A stretch of DNA of 64,000 bases from Felis catus (GCF_018350175.1 NC_058368.1:111044001-111108000), one strand, 5' to 3'; positions 10,791-24,129 are shown, numbered from the stretch's first letter. Notes: generated by a model not told the origin, from the letters alone. A program made the numbers and translations.

Positions 10791-10967
10791 GGCATGGGTA
10801 TGAGCCTACTGCCAAGGCCAGTCATGTGGTGGGAACTGAGCCCACAGCTCTGGCAGGATAGGAGAGTTTGGTCCCTCTGTGTAAAGTGCTTTGGGAGAAG
10901 AGGTTTTGTGCAAATGGGCAGTCATGATTAATTGATGGGGAGGCTCTTAGGCAAAGGATCAGATTTC

Positions 10968-10971
<4 letters not shown>

Positions 10972-11021
<50 letters not shown>

Positions 11022-11051
11022 ATGCACACACACACACACACACACACACAC
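10972..11051. repeat. Compound (TA)n-(CA)n microsatellite
   Basis: Directly visible. Confidence 0.98.
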
Positions 11052-11146
11052 CTTGGCTATCCTGAAAAAGAAATGTTCATTCATGGTAAGGCAAGCATAT
11101 CTAAATGAAGATTTTCCATACCTTCAACAGGTACCTTCTCACAATC

Positions 11147-12110
11147 TTCATTCATTCACTGAGCACCTATTGTGTATTGAGCACCTACTGTGCTCTGATA
11201 AGCACTACTGATAAGCACTGTCCCAGGCACTGACATACCAAGATAAAGAGTTAGTTCCTCCCTTTATGGCCCTGGGAGGCCAACATACAAAAAGATTTAC
11301 CAAGGAGAGTAATAAGCACAGACAGAGGATATTCTAACAGTACCAAGGAGGGGCACCCACCCAAAACCCCAGTGGCTTCAGGGACCCTCAGAGCATGTAC
11401 AGAGTAAAGTCAGGCGTTGCTGGGGTGCCAAGGGAGGTGAGAGGCTGGCTGAAGTGAGCAGTGGGGCCAGTCACGTGGGGACTTGGGGGCCTCAGAGGAA
11501 ATTCTGTGCATGAGAAAGTGAGTGTTATGGTCAGATTTGTATTGTAGAACAGTCCCTCTGGCTGCCCACGGAGCACACGTTGGAGGGGAACATTCTAGAG
11601 GCATAAGACCTATTAAGAGATGATTACAGGCATCCAAACAAGAAGCAATGACCTGAGAAAAGGAGTGCAGGGAACTGACTCAAGAAATGTTTGGGCCAGC
11701 ATTTAACTAGAGAAAAGAGACAGCAATGACCTTCAGGTGTGGTTAGGGTGGTGCCATGATAGGAGAAAGAAACCACAGGAGGAGAAGTAGGTCTGGGTGG
11801 GGGTAAGGGGCTGAGCGATGAGGATTCAATTTGAGACATGGTGAGTATGAAAGACCTGTGCACATCCAGGTGGGAGCATCCAGGAGGAAGATGGATACAC
11901 AGGTCTGAAGCCTAGGAAGCAGTTTGGGCTGGGAAGCTAGGGTGACTGCAAGCACAGAGAGGCTTCTGAGACTGTGGCGGGGAGGAGAGAGCAAGACAAG
12001 TGGAGGGGGCACCATGCCCTTTGGCCCTAAAATGCTCTCCTGCTGAGAATGAGGGTGGGAGGAGGGGATAAGGGCAAAGAGGAGATGTTTGGAACCCTTG
12101 TTATGGGAAA
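11147..12110 (-). mobile_element. L2, 3' portion
   Basis: TTCATTCATTCA.TGAGCACCTA 3' end; TCAGATTTGTATTGTAGAACAGTCCCTCTGGCTGC; ACATCCAGGTGGGAGCATCCAGGAGG. Confidence 0.85.
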
Positions 12111-12306
12111 TAGGAGAGAATCTGACCCAGACCTGGCAATACATCACTGTACTGCCTTTGGAGGTGATGAATCTGCTTTGACACTGATCTGTCGCCCTCA
12201 AGGTTTTCTCCAGGATCTAAAAGCCAAGAAGTCAGGCTGGCCTATAGTACCTGGGCTGCAGTCTTGCTGAGGTTGTGGCAGAAGGAAATAAGAGGTGTGG
12301 AGCAGA

Positions 12307-12427
12307 GGGGTGCCTGAGTGGCTCACAGACTCAGGTCATGATCTCACGGTTTGTGAGTTTGAGTCCCACATTGGGCTCTGTGCTGACAGCTCAGATTCTG
12401 TGTCTCCCTCTCTCTCTGCCTCTTCCC

Positions 12428-12478
<51 letters not shown>

Positions 12479-12512
12479 TCTCTCTCCCTCAAAAATAAAT
12501 AAACATTAAAAA
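12307..12512 (+). mobile_element. Can-SINE with two internal deletions
   Basis: Head and (CT)n tail; 17-bp TSD AAGA(G/A)GTGTGGAGCAGA (12290-12306/12513-12529). Confidence 0.93.
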
Positions 12513-12518
12513 AAGAAG

Positions 12519-12993
12519 TGTGGAGCAGAGGCAGCTAACTGTTCACCAAACACAGTCATCCTCTGCCCTTCTATAGAATAAAGTTGAGGATAGGAAAGAG
12601 TCAGCACAGACTACATTTCCCAACACACACCCTTCGGCTCACATCCGTTGCATCTGAGAGGAGTCAAGTGACTTGTTCTTGGCAATAGAATGTTGATCAG
12701 GGATGACATGTGTCAATTCCAGCCCAAGATAGTTAAGCAGCAGATAGGCCTTCTCCACCCTGCCTTTCCCCTTCCTCCATGTTGAGATCCTCTTGGAAAC
12801 CACATGTTGGAGAGAGCAGAACCACAGGTGGGAGGTTCCTTGTCCCTGACTTATCACTTACAGGAGAGACGCTACTGATCAGAAATACCCATTTGGGTTT
12901 TATGTGAGCAAGAAATTCACTACATTGTCTGAGGCAATACAGGTTTTTTGGGATTTGTTTGTTATAGCATTTAGCATTACCCTAATTAATATA
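12519..12993 (+). mobile_element. MaLR solo LTR (MLT1I/J-like)
   Basis: GACTACATTTCCCA..GTGACTTGTTCTTGGCAATAGAATG..TGAGCAAGAAAT..TTTGTTATAGCA..CCCTAATTAATA. Confidence 0.8.
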
Positions 12994-14091
12994 GGGCTTA
13001 AGAAAATTTTTGGTTGTTCAGATGGCTATGATGGGACCAGGATGGGGAAATAATTGAGGCTTCTAAGGGTACAGAAGGTTTTTGTTAAAGTCCAAGAGCG
13101 AGAGTAGAGTCCTGGAAAAATCTAACATGTAGGAGGTCAAGTCCTCTGGTAGAATTCAGGAGGCTAAGATTTCAGAGGGAATCCATCCCACTGTGTGGCA
13201 AGAGCCAAGTGGGAGAAGGTGAAGAACGTTAAGCAGATCCAGGAATTGTGATGGCTGGTTGGTCCACTTGAATGTCATAGTCTGTTATAAAGCAGGATGT
13301 GGGGTAGAGAGGAAGCCTCTACCCCAGAGGGCTGGCCATTGTCTTACAACCAGGGCACCAGGAAGGAGTGCTTTCTTAAAAAGAAAAGACTAGCAGGACT
13401 GCCATCATTCTGTCCAGTCAGCTGCCACAGCTGACTGGACCTGAGCAGGGCATCTCATCACTGCTTAGGAATTGCTCAGTAGGCTACATGAGATGCACAC
13501 CTGAAAGCTGGACCATGAACAGAACGTCTATAAATGCTGGGGTAGGCTCACGCCATCTAGAATCAGCCCAACTTATAGCAAGAGTGTTATCTTCAGTTGG
13601 TAAAGAATCTTGGCACTCTCCAAAGCACTTATTTATAAATCTTTTTGAACCTCATGGACATCCAGGGATACCCGTATGAAGACAATGTCACTCTGTGCCA
13701 AGTATGGTCACCAAAATATTAAGTGAGATCTCTCAGGAGGGTATAGAGCCAGGATCTCCTAATCCCTGTCCTGTGGTTCTCATTATAAAATTCCTTTTAG
13801 AGACATTTTTACACATTAACTGCCCTTCATCTTAGGAAGATTTAGGCCACAACATACCGTTGGCACACTCGTGGCTGAAATGGTCTCCAACGGCACATCC
13901 AGGTAGCAATTCCCAGAAGAGTTTCTAAATGAGTGGTGCCAAAACAGGAGTAGTATAGGAATGACAGAAAACTCAAAATAGTAGAAAGTAAGAGTAGTTT
14001 ATGTCTCTTTAAAAAAAAAAAGTCTTCAGTAGATCAAGGGTCAAGGTTGCTACAGCCCTCCACAATTTCAGAGGCCAAGCCTCCTTCCCTT

Positions 14092-14617
14092 TTGTGGCTC
14101 TTCTATTGCTCTGTAACAAATCACTTCAAAACTCCGTGGCTTAAAACAACAATAAACATTTACTGTCTCCCACTTTCTGTGACATATCAGGAATTCACAA
14201 GTGACCTAGCTGCATGGTTCTGGCTGGAGCTGTTTCATGAGATTGCAGTCAGGATGTCAGACAGAGCTGTGGTCATTTGAAGGCTTGACTGAGACTGCAG
14301 CACTCCTGGCAAGTTGGTTCTGGCTGTTGACAATAAGCCTTAGTTTCTTACCACCTGTCATCCTCCATAGGGTTGCTTGAGTGTACTTACAGCATGGCAG
14401 CCAGCTTCTACACACCTAGAGCAAGTGATTCAAAAAGAAATAAGACAGAAGCTGCAATGTCTTTTACAATGTAGTTTCAGAAGCCACACCATCATTTCTT
14501 CAACATCCTAATGATTACACAGGTAGCACTATTTTAATATGGGAGGGAAGTAAATAAGGACATGAATACCAGAAGTTGAGAATCATTGGAGGCCATCTTG
14601 GAAGTTAGTTTACCACA
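14092..14617 (-). mobile_element. MaLR LTR (MLT1F-like) nested in the previous LTR
   Basis: CTATTGCTCTGTAACAAATCAC..GTGGCTTAAAACAAC..GTCATTTGAAGGCTTGACTG..GGCCATCTTGGAAG..TACCACA. Confidence 0.85.
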
Positions 14618-14849
14618 TCTGCCATCCTCAAGGTGTGGCTTCACCCTCATGTTCCCAGATGGCTGCTCTAACTCCAGCTATCACATCACCAAAGGTGCTT
14701 TTTAACTAGCACAAAGAAGGGAGAAAGGAAGAAAGCATGCCTTTTCCCTTTAAGGATACTTTCCAGAGGTTGTATACACCATCATACTTATATCTCATTG
14801 ATCAAAAATTAATCACATAGCTGGAAAGGAGGCCAGGAATTTTAGTACC

Positions 14850-14959
14850 TATGTATGTATTTATTTGTTAAGTAGGCTCTGTACTCAGTGTGGGACTAGA
14901 ACTCATTACCCCAAGATCAAGAGTCGCATGCTCTACCAACTGAGCCGGTCAGGTGCCCC
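14850..14959 (-). mobile_element. SINEC_old-like SINE
   Basis: AAGTAGGCTCT..GATCAAGAGTCGCATGCTCTACCAACTGAGCC..GGTGCCCC. Confidence 0.9.
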
Positions 14960-15144
14960 GAGTATTTATTTTTGATGGTCATGTGCTCAGATACTGGGGG
15001 CAAGTTGGAAGTCTCTGCCACATTAGCAATGTTCCCACATTTATTTCAAAGGATAGGGGGAGGGTAGGGGACCATAGAGACCATCACTATTTTGGGTTAC
15101 TGCCTAAGGACTTATGACCCATCTTGTCTGCTTGGCTGGGAAAT

Positions 15145-15146
<2 letters not shown>

Positions 15147-15192
<46 letters not shown>
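15147..15192. repeat. (GT)23 microsatellite
   Basis: Directly visible. Confidence 0.98.
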
Positions 15193-15194
<2 letters not shown>

Positions 15195-16504
15195 CAGCCA
15201 TGGGGGAAGAGTGCAGATTAGTGCTTTACCCTGTAATTAGTGAATCTCAGTGTAAAGAGAAAATAGTCCTTAGAAGAGCTCAGGAGACAAATGAGTGTTA
15301 AAAACAGACCTAGTGCTAGAAGCCCAGCCAAGGATCGTCCCAAGAATGAAGATGATCCAGAAAATGAGAAAATGAGAAGATCATCACAGGAGGCATCGTG
15401 AGGGCAGCCACATTCTGTACTCAGACCTGTAGGTTTAAATAAATTCTAGGCAGCTCAATTTACTGATCCAAATGCAGAAGCACAGATGGGCCACTCTACC
15501 AGCTGTGTTTTTAAAAGATCATATGATTCCTGATCAATGAACCGAAGAGACCAAATGCAGACGTGTTTAAAACTGAGCTGCAGATTTGCCCAGAGACCTC
15601 TTAGAGACCAGAGCCAGGACTTGAGCAATCAGCTGGGTGCTGACTCAAGCTGGGGTGAGGGGGTAGGGAGGGTGGTGTTGGGCATCAGAGCCTAGCTTAG
15701 CAGAAGATGAGCCATCAGCCAGCCAGCAAATTCTAAGGCCTGAGAGGTCCACAGAAAAGCTGCCCTGGTAGAAGTAGGGCAAGGCACTGACTTGGCCAAA
15801 TGGCCAGGGACAGGGGGCACTGTCGTTCTAGAGGAATGCAAAGTCTGAAGCAAGAAGCCTGGGGCTGAAGCACCCAAGAGGACAACTAGTACTGCTAAGG
15901 CCCTTCTGACGGGGGCTGGATTTCTCCTTGCTACACAGCTTGCCTGGGCAGCAGATCCTTATCGTGAGGGTGAAAGAGGTAGACTGAGGACTCAGAAGTA
16001 CTTGTTTCATAGAGGGTGGCTAAGGGTTTCCTACCTGCCTGGCTAGTCTCACATACTCTGCCCATGGCCCAAGCTGAATGACATACTGGGTCCTGAGTGC
16101 CCACCTGGCCATCTCCAGGTGAGGTTGGCAGGACACCCGCCCAGGCAGCATACTTGGGCTCTGTATTGCATCTGGGCTGTCAATCATAACTGTATTGCTG
16201 TTATAAAAGAGTCCATTTCCAGAGCAGTGAGGGGATCACCAAAGTTCCCAGCCTTCCCCACTCTGCTTTCGCCTGAGTCCCAAGTTCACCAAGAACTTGG
16301 GGGACCACTACAGCCTCCTAATTTGAGGACCATTTCAAGAGACATAACCTCCAGGAATGGCCAACATCAGGCTCCAACCTTAGGCAGAGCGGGAGGTCCC
16401 TGGGGACTAAGGGTGGGCTGGCAAGAGGGCTAAACCATCTTGAAGTGAACTTGAAATGGCTTGGGAAATCTGGGACTGTTCTTCATGGTTCTGTCGCACC
16501 AGTG

Positions 16505-16835
16505 ATCACTGAGCACCTGCTCAATGGAGCAGACATTAGGCTACCCCCTGGGGACACAGAGCAGAGGAAGGTTCATATGACATCACTCCAGACACATAAA
16601 TAAAGCAAAATAGCAGAGGGTGCAATGTGCAGCGATGGGTACAAGTACAAGATACAGAAATAATGGTGGAGGGGAGTGTGCTAGTAGAGCAGTAAAGAAA
16701 AGCTTCACAGAAGAGGTGATACTTGCAATAAAGAACAGGAGTTTCTCAGCTGATAGTGGGGCCAGGTGAGGAAAAGCATCCAGGTAGAGGGAATAGCAGA
16801 CCCCAGAGCTCTGAGCTGTGAAACTGCTTGGAGCA
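16505..16835 (-). mobile_element. L2, 3' fragment
   Basis: CACTGAGCACCTGCT..AGCTTCACAGAAGAGGTGATACTTG..CCAGGTAGAGGGAATAGCA. Confidence 0.7.
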
Positions 16836-18332
16836 GAGGAAGAGAATTTCCTTGCCTGATGTGTTTGCAGTACTCTGAAGTTTCTGGGCCCTTTCAGGAT
16901 GCAGTGGGGACTTGATCTCTTCCACTAAGCCGCTCAAAGGAGTCAGAGACAGGAGAAGATACTTCTTCCCTTCAGAGTTTGTTGGGTTTTCTTTCATCTT
17001 TGAGTCCTCAGTACCTGGTCATGATAGTGAAGGTACCATAATTAAGAAGGAAGCTTTTCTGATCTTGGAGAACCTGTCCAAAACCCAGCCTTCTGCATGT
17101 TAGGTCTCCAAGTAACTTTGGATGGCCCCTTAGGCATGGCTGTCCCCAGTAGCTTCTGATGGGGCAGGAGGCAGGACTGGGAGGTGCACTGGGCTTTCCT
17201 CGTTGGTGTCAGACCCAGTCTCTCAAAGTGTCTGGGTCTCTCTGGGATCCTTTGGAACCCCCAGCATTGCTAAATCACCCATCCTGCCTCTTGCAATTGG
17301 CTCTGGACTATGGGAAGCATCATCTGGCTCATGCTGGCACATCCTCACCACTTATTTTGTGGTGTACAAGCTAGCTTTTCCTCCAGAACCCAGGAAAATG
17401 TGATATGCAGATAAATCACCAGGTGACCCAAAACCAAATAGCTAGTCTGAAGTTGTTCTATGAAGACAGAAAGAACTGGATGCCCCAAGAGGTTCAGTGG
17501 GCACCACCCCCTCTCTGGGTCAAGGTGGGAAAGTGTAACTGAAACACACCCGTGCTAAGATGTTAGCTACCCTGTCTCCAGCTCCAGGTGGACCAGGAAC
17601 CTGAGGCACAGAACTACCACTGCCTAGTGAGGCTTTGTAATTCTCCATACAGGTAGAGGGTGGGCCCTGCCCTCAGTATAAAGGTCGAGACCAGACCAGC
17701 TCATTCATTCCCCTGATTATTGCTTTTCTCACTGGGATGCACAAATAGGCTCCTGGCAACCCTGGCCTTTCTCTCACCTTTGCCAGCTCCAACGTCAAGA
17801 CCTAGCTCAGATCATATCCTTCTGGCTCAAAAACACCTTAGTTACATAAACTCCTTGGCCTGGCGTTTAAGGCCCTACCCACTACAGTACTAACTTGCTC
17901 TTCACCCTGGATCTTGCCTTTATCTGGTCCAGATGCCCCCTTGTTGCTGCTGACCTCCTGACCAGGCCCAGCTCCAGTGCCGTGCCACCTATCAAGTGTT
18001 CCTTTTTACCCTCTGCCCTCTGAACCCATGGCCTAAGGGATGGAGCTTTTTACTAGATTTGCATCTTTAATTACAGGAGTGATACATGCTTGTAAAAACA
18101 TTCCCACATTACAGACGCATACGTGTTAAAATGAGTGTGTCATCCCAACTCTCCTTTCCCTAGAACTGGCCCCAGTTAACAGTCAGGCAGGCCCTTGGGT
18201 ACCCATTTTACCCAACAGGAGAGGGGCCTTTGGAGGCCTTTCACAACCGCTTGACATGATGGTGGCAGGTGGGGGCAGAAATGAGTGTAAATGAGGGAAG
18301 GTTTCAGAGGTGGTGATTTTGGTTGACTTTGA

Positions 18333-18539
18333 TTTTTTTAATGTTTATTTTTAAGAGCAAGAGAGACAGAGCATGAGTGGGGGGAGGGGGGCAGAGAGAG
18401 AGGGAGACACAAAATCCGAAGCAGGCTCCAAGCTCTGAACTGTCAGCACAGAGCCCAAGGCGGGGCTCAAACTCATGGAATGTGATATCATAACCTAAGC
18501 CGAAGTCAGACGCTTAACTGACTGAGCCACCAGCGCCCC
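18333..18539 (-). mobile_element. Can-SINE
   Basis: Full antisense element; TSD GGTTGACTTTGA (18321-18332/18541-18552). Confidence 0.96.
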
Positions 18540-19819
18540 AGGTTGACTTTGAAAGAAAATTTTCAAGGTCAGTCTGTGAGACCCCTTGATTTCTTTCAAA
18601 GAACAGTGCCCCAGAGAAGCATTTCCTGTTCATATGGGAATCCATTCTATTCTACGAACCAGAAACTCAAGTTCAAAAGGCAACCAGGCCTCTGTAAAAT
18701 TCTCGTGGCCTAGCACTAGTTCTACTACAAGCCCGGGCGGAGCTGAACTGGAAATCTGGCTGTGGTTGTATAATTGCCTAGGTGTGCAAACCCTAGAGCT
18801 TTGTCCAGTGGCCAAGGGGAATCAATGAAAAAGTTTGCAGAAGAAGAGTAACATTTTAGACACAGACCATGAGCAGGAGGTGATAAGTTTGGAAGAAGTG
18901 AATCCCTTTGAGTGAACAATAATGGTGGTTTGGACTTGGGCAGACACAGTGGAATATGAGAAGAGGGAGAATTCAACACAGCAGATGGGGGTAAGGGGCA
19001 GGAAGCAAACTCTAGCTCAGGTGTTGTGGATATGGGTTCCAGATTGACAGTTGCATTTAGCAAACAGTTGTTAACTGGATTGGACTGAGAGTGTGAGGAC
19101 CTAGGTGTCCCTACAATCTTTCATAGATAAAGAATCAAAGGCAATAAATACTCCCAGTTTGGCCTTCTAGATGCTTAGAGAGGACTAGTCAATCAGTGCA
19201 GACCTGACTGGTCACCCAGATCTTGATTCAAGCATGTCAGGTACACACAGAGGCTGCTAGACATCATAATCTTGAAGCAGATGTTCCAGGTACACAGCTG
19301 ACCACTTCCAGCCAACCCACTGCTCACCTGACCTACAAACCCAATATCCCCAGTCAATCAGCAACACTCAGAAACTTTGCTTTTTGAAAACAGAACACAG
19401 ATAATTCATTATTCCATTTCTTCTCCCTCCCCAACCCTGAGCCTTAGATTCTCTGCTGGAATAGTTTCTCTGTTTGGTGGTAAAACTTTTCCACTCAGCC
19501 CTCAATCTTTAGCCTCTTATCCTATCTCAAGCCAGAGGCTCCCACCAGCTCCCACAAAGTTGAATATACCCTATATGTTCTTTGCACAATTCTGACATTC
19601 TTCACTCTTTGAGCTCTTTTGTCTTTGAGCTCTCCTGGGTACCTGGGAGTGCAATGAATGGCCCAACAGGAGCCAGGGGTGTTGTGTGAGGCCAGGAAGC
19701 TTGCAGGGTTGGGGGCATTGGGCTGGGGTTTGGGGGAAAGAATATACGTAGGAATTCCAAAGCCTCAGTTCTGGTCTCTAACTCCTCAGGTCTCCTTTCT
19801 TCTCTGGGCCTGTCCCTTC

Positions 19820-20177
19820 TCCAGCCCCCAGGCCTTTGCACAATGCTTCTCTTTCTGCCTGGAATACTCTTCTTTGTTTGGCTCATCCTGCTGGTCTCTG
19901 CTGTCTCGGGGAAACCTCAATGACTTCTTGGTTCAGATCAGATTCTGTACTTAAATATTCCCATAGGCCCATGTTCCATTACATCTTTCCCTTCATTAGG
20001 GTTTTGTTGTCGTTGTTGTTTGTTTTTTGCTACCATCTGTCTCCCCACAAGACTTTGCCTTCCATGGGAGAGAGGTTCTGTCTTGTCTGACTCACTGCTG
20101 TATCCCTAGCCTATAGCTAGGGACCTGTCCAGGAGTAAGCACTGAATGAATGAATGAATGAATGAATGAATGAATGA
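19820..20177 (+). mobile_element. L2 3' end with (TGAA)n tail
   Basis: GGCCTTTGCACAATGCT..TGCCTGGAATACTCTT..CTCACTGCTGTATCCCTAG..(TGAA)n. Confidence 0.85.
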
Positions 20178-20470
20178 AGCAAAAGACGGACAGATGGATA
20201 GATTTCACCTGGTAAAACAGAAAGCCTCAATTGTATAGGATTGTCTCCAGTACTGATATAATTTTCTAGGCCTTTATTGTTTCATCTCTGAAATAGAAAG
20301 AATGTTCCCTCCTTGCTGCTTCACTTCTATATCTAAAGTGACCCCAATCAGTCTCTTAAAACTTGAAATGCTTTAAAAACAACTTGGGTAGAGGCTCCCG
20401 TTTGGCTCAAGAACCTTATTGTGACACCCAATCACATTTATGTGACACTTGAAATAGAAATTCAGGCTGT

Positions 20471-20691
20471 GGGGCACCTGGGTGTCTCAGTTGGTTGAGC
20501 ATCCGACTTCGGCTCAGGTCATGATCTCACAGTCCGTGAGTTCGAGCCCTGTGTTGGGCCCTGTGCTGACAGCTCGGAGCCTGGAGCCTGCTTCTGATTC
20601 TGTGTCTCCCTCTCTCTCTGCCCCTATCCCGCTAATGCTGTGTCTCTCTCACTTTCAAAAATGAATAAACGTTAAAAAAATTTTTTAAAAA
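20471..20691 (+). mobile_element. Can-SINE
   Basis: Full element; TSD GAAAT(A)GAAATTCAGGCTGT. Confidence 0.96.
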
Positions 20692-21690
20692 GAAATGAAA
20701 TTCAGGCTGTGCCTGAAATCCCAGTCCTCACTGTCAGAGCTGGACTTCGATGGCATCTTCCAGGGCAGGATGAGTTTCTAGAAGCCCCAGCCACACCTCC
20801 TAGAGTTAGGACAATAAAGACTCTTCTGTGTCCCCACAGCCAGGTGAATGTCACAGCTCAGAACTGGGAATTGTGCCCCATGAAGAGACCAGAGTGCTCT
20901 GCTTGTTTGTCCATCTGTCTGTCTTCAGTATGGACTGAGTGCAGGAGTTTTTCTGAGGCAGAGCCAGAGGTCTGGCATAGGGCCCAATGAGTCATCCCTC
21001 AAGAGTCTAGGCTACACAAGAAGGCTGCCTGTGCCCTCCTTTGCTTTTGCTGCTACAGGTGGACCTCACTTACTGGGGTCTGGGTCTGCCTGTAACTTGT
21101 ACCAGGATAAGGAGAGACCATCTCTATAATCTTCACCAAGGACTTCTGTCCAGCCATCCTCTCCCAAAGGGCCAGGAACTGCTCATTCCTATCACCCCTA
21201 CCCCAGTCTTGAGAAACATACCCCTCCCAGAAGGGATAGTTTCCTGGACTAAAAGCATGACCTGTCCAAGGGCTGAAGTGAGACAGAGTCCCAGCCACAT
21301 AAAAAATAGCACTACTGCTCTTAGAAGCCACGATAGGGAATACCAGTTCCTAGCAAACCAACAAGGACATCAAAAGCCTGAGAAAACTCAATGAGGGAAA
21401 GGAGGATGTTTTTGATTCTGGAAGAGACTTTTCATTGGCTTAGGAATGCAATGCCCATTACACAGATAGGTGAGCTCCTTCCCATAGAGACCAGTCTTTG
21501 ATGGAACCCTGGGAAGAGCCAAAGTATTCACTATTCTAAAGAAGGGTAGCCTCTTGACCTTACTCTTTGATGTGCCAATCTGTGCCTTCCCCTTCTGCTC
21601 AGATTTCTATTGATTCTCACTGTGCTTGCTGGTTCCTGGTTACTTTAGGACACCCTAGCTGGCCCAGGCCCTCCTTAAAGTTCCAAGGGT

Positions 21691-23445
21691 CCATAAATCA
21701 CTATCAAAATTACAACAGTGTCTTTTGTTGTTGTTTTTTTGTTTCCTGGGTTTTTTTTGTTTTTAGATAGAGAAGAAAAACCCATCCTGAAATTCAAATG
21801 GAATTTCTCAGGGGCACCTGGCTGGTTCAGTTGGTGAAGCATGGGGCTCTTTATCTTGGAGCTATGAGTTTGAGCCCCACATTGGGTGTAGAGATTACTT
21901 AAAACAAACAAACAAAAAACCACAAATCAAATGGGATCTTACAGAATCTCGAATAACCAAAACAATGTTTAAAAAGAAAAAAGTTAGAGGTCTCATATCT
22001 CCTGAATACAAAACTTCAGTAATCAAATCTACAGTAATCAAAACTGTGGTACTGGCATAAAGACAGACAGACAGACAGACAGACAAATAAAGCAGAATGA
22101 AGTGCGCAGAAATAAATCCTCACATATATGGTCCAACACTCTTAGACAAGGGTGCCAAGACCATCCACTGAGGAAAGGACAGTCTTTTCAACAAGTGGTA
22201 CTGGGAAAACTGGGTATCTGCGCACAAAGGATGAAGATGGGTCCTCACCTCACACCATCAACAAATATTAAGACAAAATGGATCAAAGACTTAAACATGA
22301 GAGCTAAACTATGAAACTTGTAGAAGAAAAAATAAAAGAAAATCTTCATGACATTGGATTTGGCAGTGATTAATTGAATATGACACCAAAAGCCCAGGCA
22401 ACAAAAGCAAAATAGATGAATTGGCTTTATCAAAATGAAAAACTTTTGTACGTTAAAGGACACTACCAACAGTGAAAAGGAACCCTATGGAATGGGAGAA
22501 ATATTTGCAAATCGTATACCTGATAAAGAGCTAATGTGCAGAATATCTAAAGAACCCCTACAACTCAACAACAAAAGAAACCCAAATAACCAGATTTGAA
22601 AGTGGGCAAAGGACTTGAATAGACATTTCTTCAAAGAAAATATACAGATGGCCAAGAAACACATAAAAAGGTGCTCGATGTCACTAATTATTAAGAATAT
22701 CAAAATCAAAATCCCTATGAGATGCCACATCATATCCATTTGGATGACTATCATTAAAAAAAAAAACTACACAGAAAATAACACGTTTTGGCAAGGATGT
22801 GGAGAAACTGGAAGCCCTTGTGCATTGCCAATGAGCATGTAAAATGGCGTCATTGCTGTGGAAAACAACACCTCAACAAATTAAATACAGAATTACCATA
22901 TGATCCAGCAAATCCACTTCTGGATATGTGCCTAAATGAACTGAAAGCAGGGACTTGAACAGATGTTTGTACCCTCAAGGGCATAGCACCATTATTCACA
23001 ATAGGCAAAAAGTAGTAACAATTCAAATGCTCATCAGTGGATGCATGGATAAGCAAAATGAGGTCTAGATTTACAATGGAATATTACTCAGTTTTAAAAA
23101 GGGAGGAAATTCTGGCACATGCTACAACAGGATGAACCTTGAAGACATTATGCTGAATGAAATAAGCTGGACGCAAAAAGACAAATACTGCATGATTCCA
23201 CTTGTATGAGGTACCTAGAGTAGTCAAATTCATAGAGACAGAAAGTAGAGTGGTGGTTGTGGACTGGGGGGAGGGGGGAATGGAGAATTATTAATCAGTT
23301 TGGAATGATGAAAAAGTTCTGGGGATGGATGGTGGTAATGGTTGCACAGTGATGAGGTTGTACTTAATACCCCTGAACATACATTTAAAAATAGTTAAAG
23401 TGGTATATTTTAGGTTAGGTGTATTTTATGATAATAAAAAAAGAA
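21691..23445 (+). mobile_element. 5'-truncated L1 (L1MB-like): ORF2 3' end plus 3'UTR
   Basis: Decayed ORF2 C-terminal peptides ([32 protein letters not shown]); A-rich tail; degenerate TSD AAAGTT(C/G)CA(A/T)GGGT (21677-21690/23446-23459). Confidence 0.93.
21811..21920 (+). mobile_element. SINEC_old-like SINE inside L1
   Basis: GGGGCACCTGGCTGGTTCAG..GAGCCCCACATTGGGTGTAGAGATTACTTAAAA. Confidence 0.9.
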
Positions 23446-23799
23446 AAAGTTGCATGGGTATGAGGCACTTAAATTTGTAAGTATTCTCCTCTGGAAGCTT
23501 ACTCTTGGGATCCTGGGAGATAGTGGGGAAGGTGACGAGGGGCAGAAGAAGGGGGCTATGTGGCCCCCATCCTCCATCACCAACCTCCCCTTATTTCTGC
23601 CTCCCTAACTCCTGCCCATCCTTCAAAGCCCAGCTCTGGTCCTCTCCCACTTCCTCTGAGATGGGACCTCCAGCCCTCACTGCTCCCCCTCAGAGCAAGT
23701 AGTGAGTGTCCACTCCCTCCTATACCAACAGTCCTGCTCTCCTTGTCCTGGGCTCTTTCCTCAGGGGACTGAAGCCTCTTGGGCCAAGGCTGTTTCTTT

Positions 23800-23975
23800 C
23801 CCTCCAAGGCTGGAGACCAACAGTAGTTACTCAGTGTCCTTGTCTGCACAATGGGACTCTTGATATCTACTTCTCATGGTTGTTGTGAGTGTCCAACAAG
23901 ATAATAAATATAAAGCTCTTGAGCACAGTGAAGGGTCCATAGTAAGTGCTCAATATATTATTACTATTAGGAGTA
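23800..23975 (+). mobile_element. MIR
   Basis: CTCAGTGTCCTTGTCTGCACAATGGG..CTTCTCATGGTTGTTGTGAG..ATAGTAAGTGCTCAATA. Confidence 0.75.
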
Positions 23976-24129
23976 TTCTTCATACTGGCCTGGACTACTT
24001 CTCCTGTGCCTATCTACCAGTTATTCCTCATCCCTTGAACCCCAGTTCCATTCCTACTTCTACCACAAAACCTTCCTATCCACCTCAAGCCACACTGACT
24101 CCCTATGGGGCATCTTGGAATTTAAGGCA

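Larger units (their letters stand above)
13945..15022 (-). mobile_element. MaLR LTR (MLT1J/K-like), outer element of a nest
   Basis: TCTGCCATCCT..CAGATGGCTGCTCTAACTCCAGCTATCACATC..CTCATTGATCAAAAATT..GTCTCTGCCACA end. Confidence 0.7.

Noticed and set aside
17655..17700. GGGTGGG plus TATAAAGG core promoter
   Set aside because: Isolated motifs, with no CpG enrichment or downstream exon structure
21811..21890. tRNA-Lys-like sequence (also the other SINEC_old copies)
   Set aside because: tRNA-derived SINE with an A-rich tail, no intact cloverleaf
22102..23056. ORFs with recognisable protein motifs
   Set aside because: Decayed L1 ORF2 C-terminus with stops and frameshifts; not a host gene
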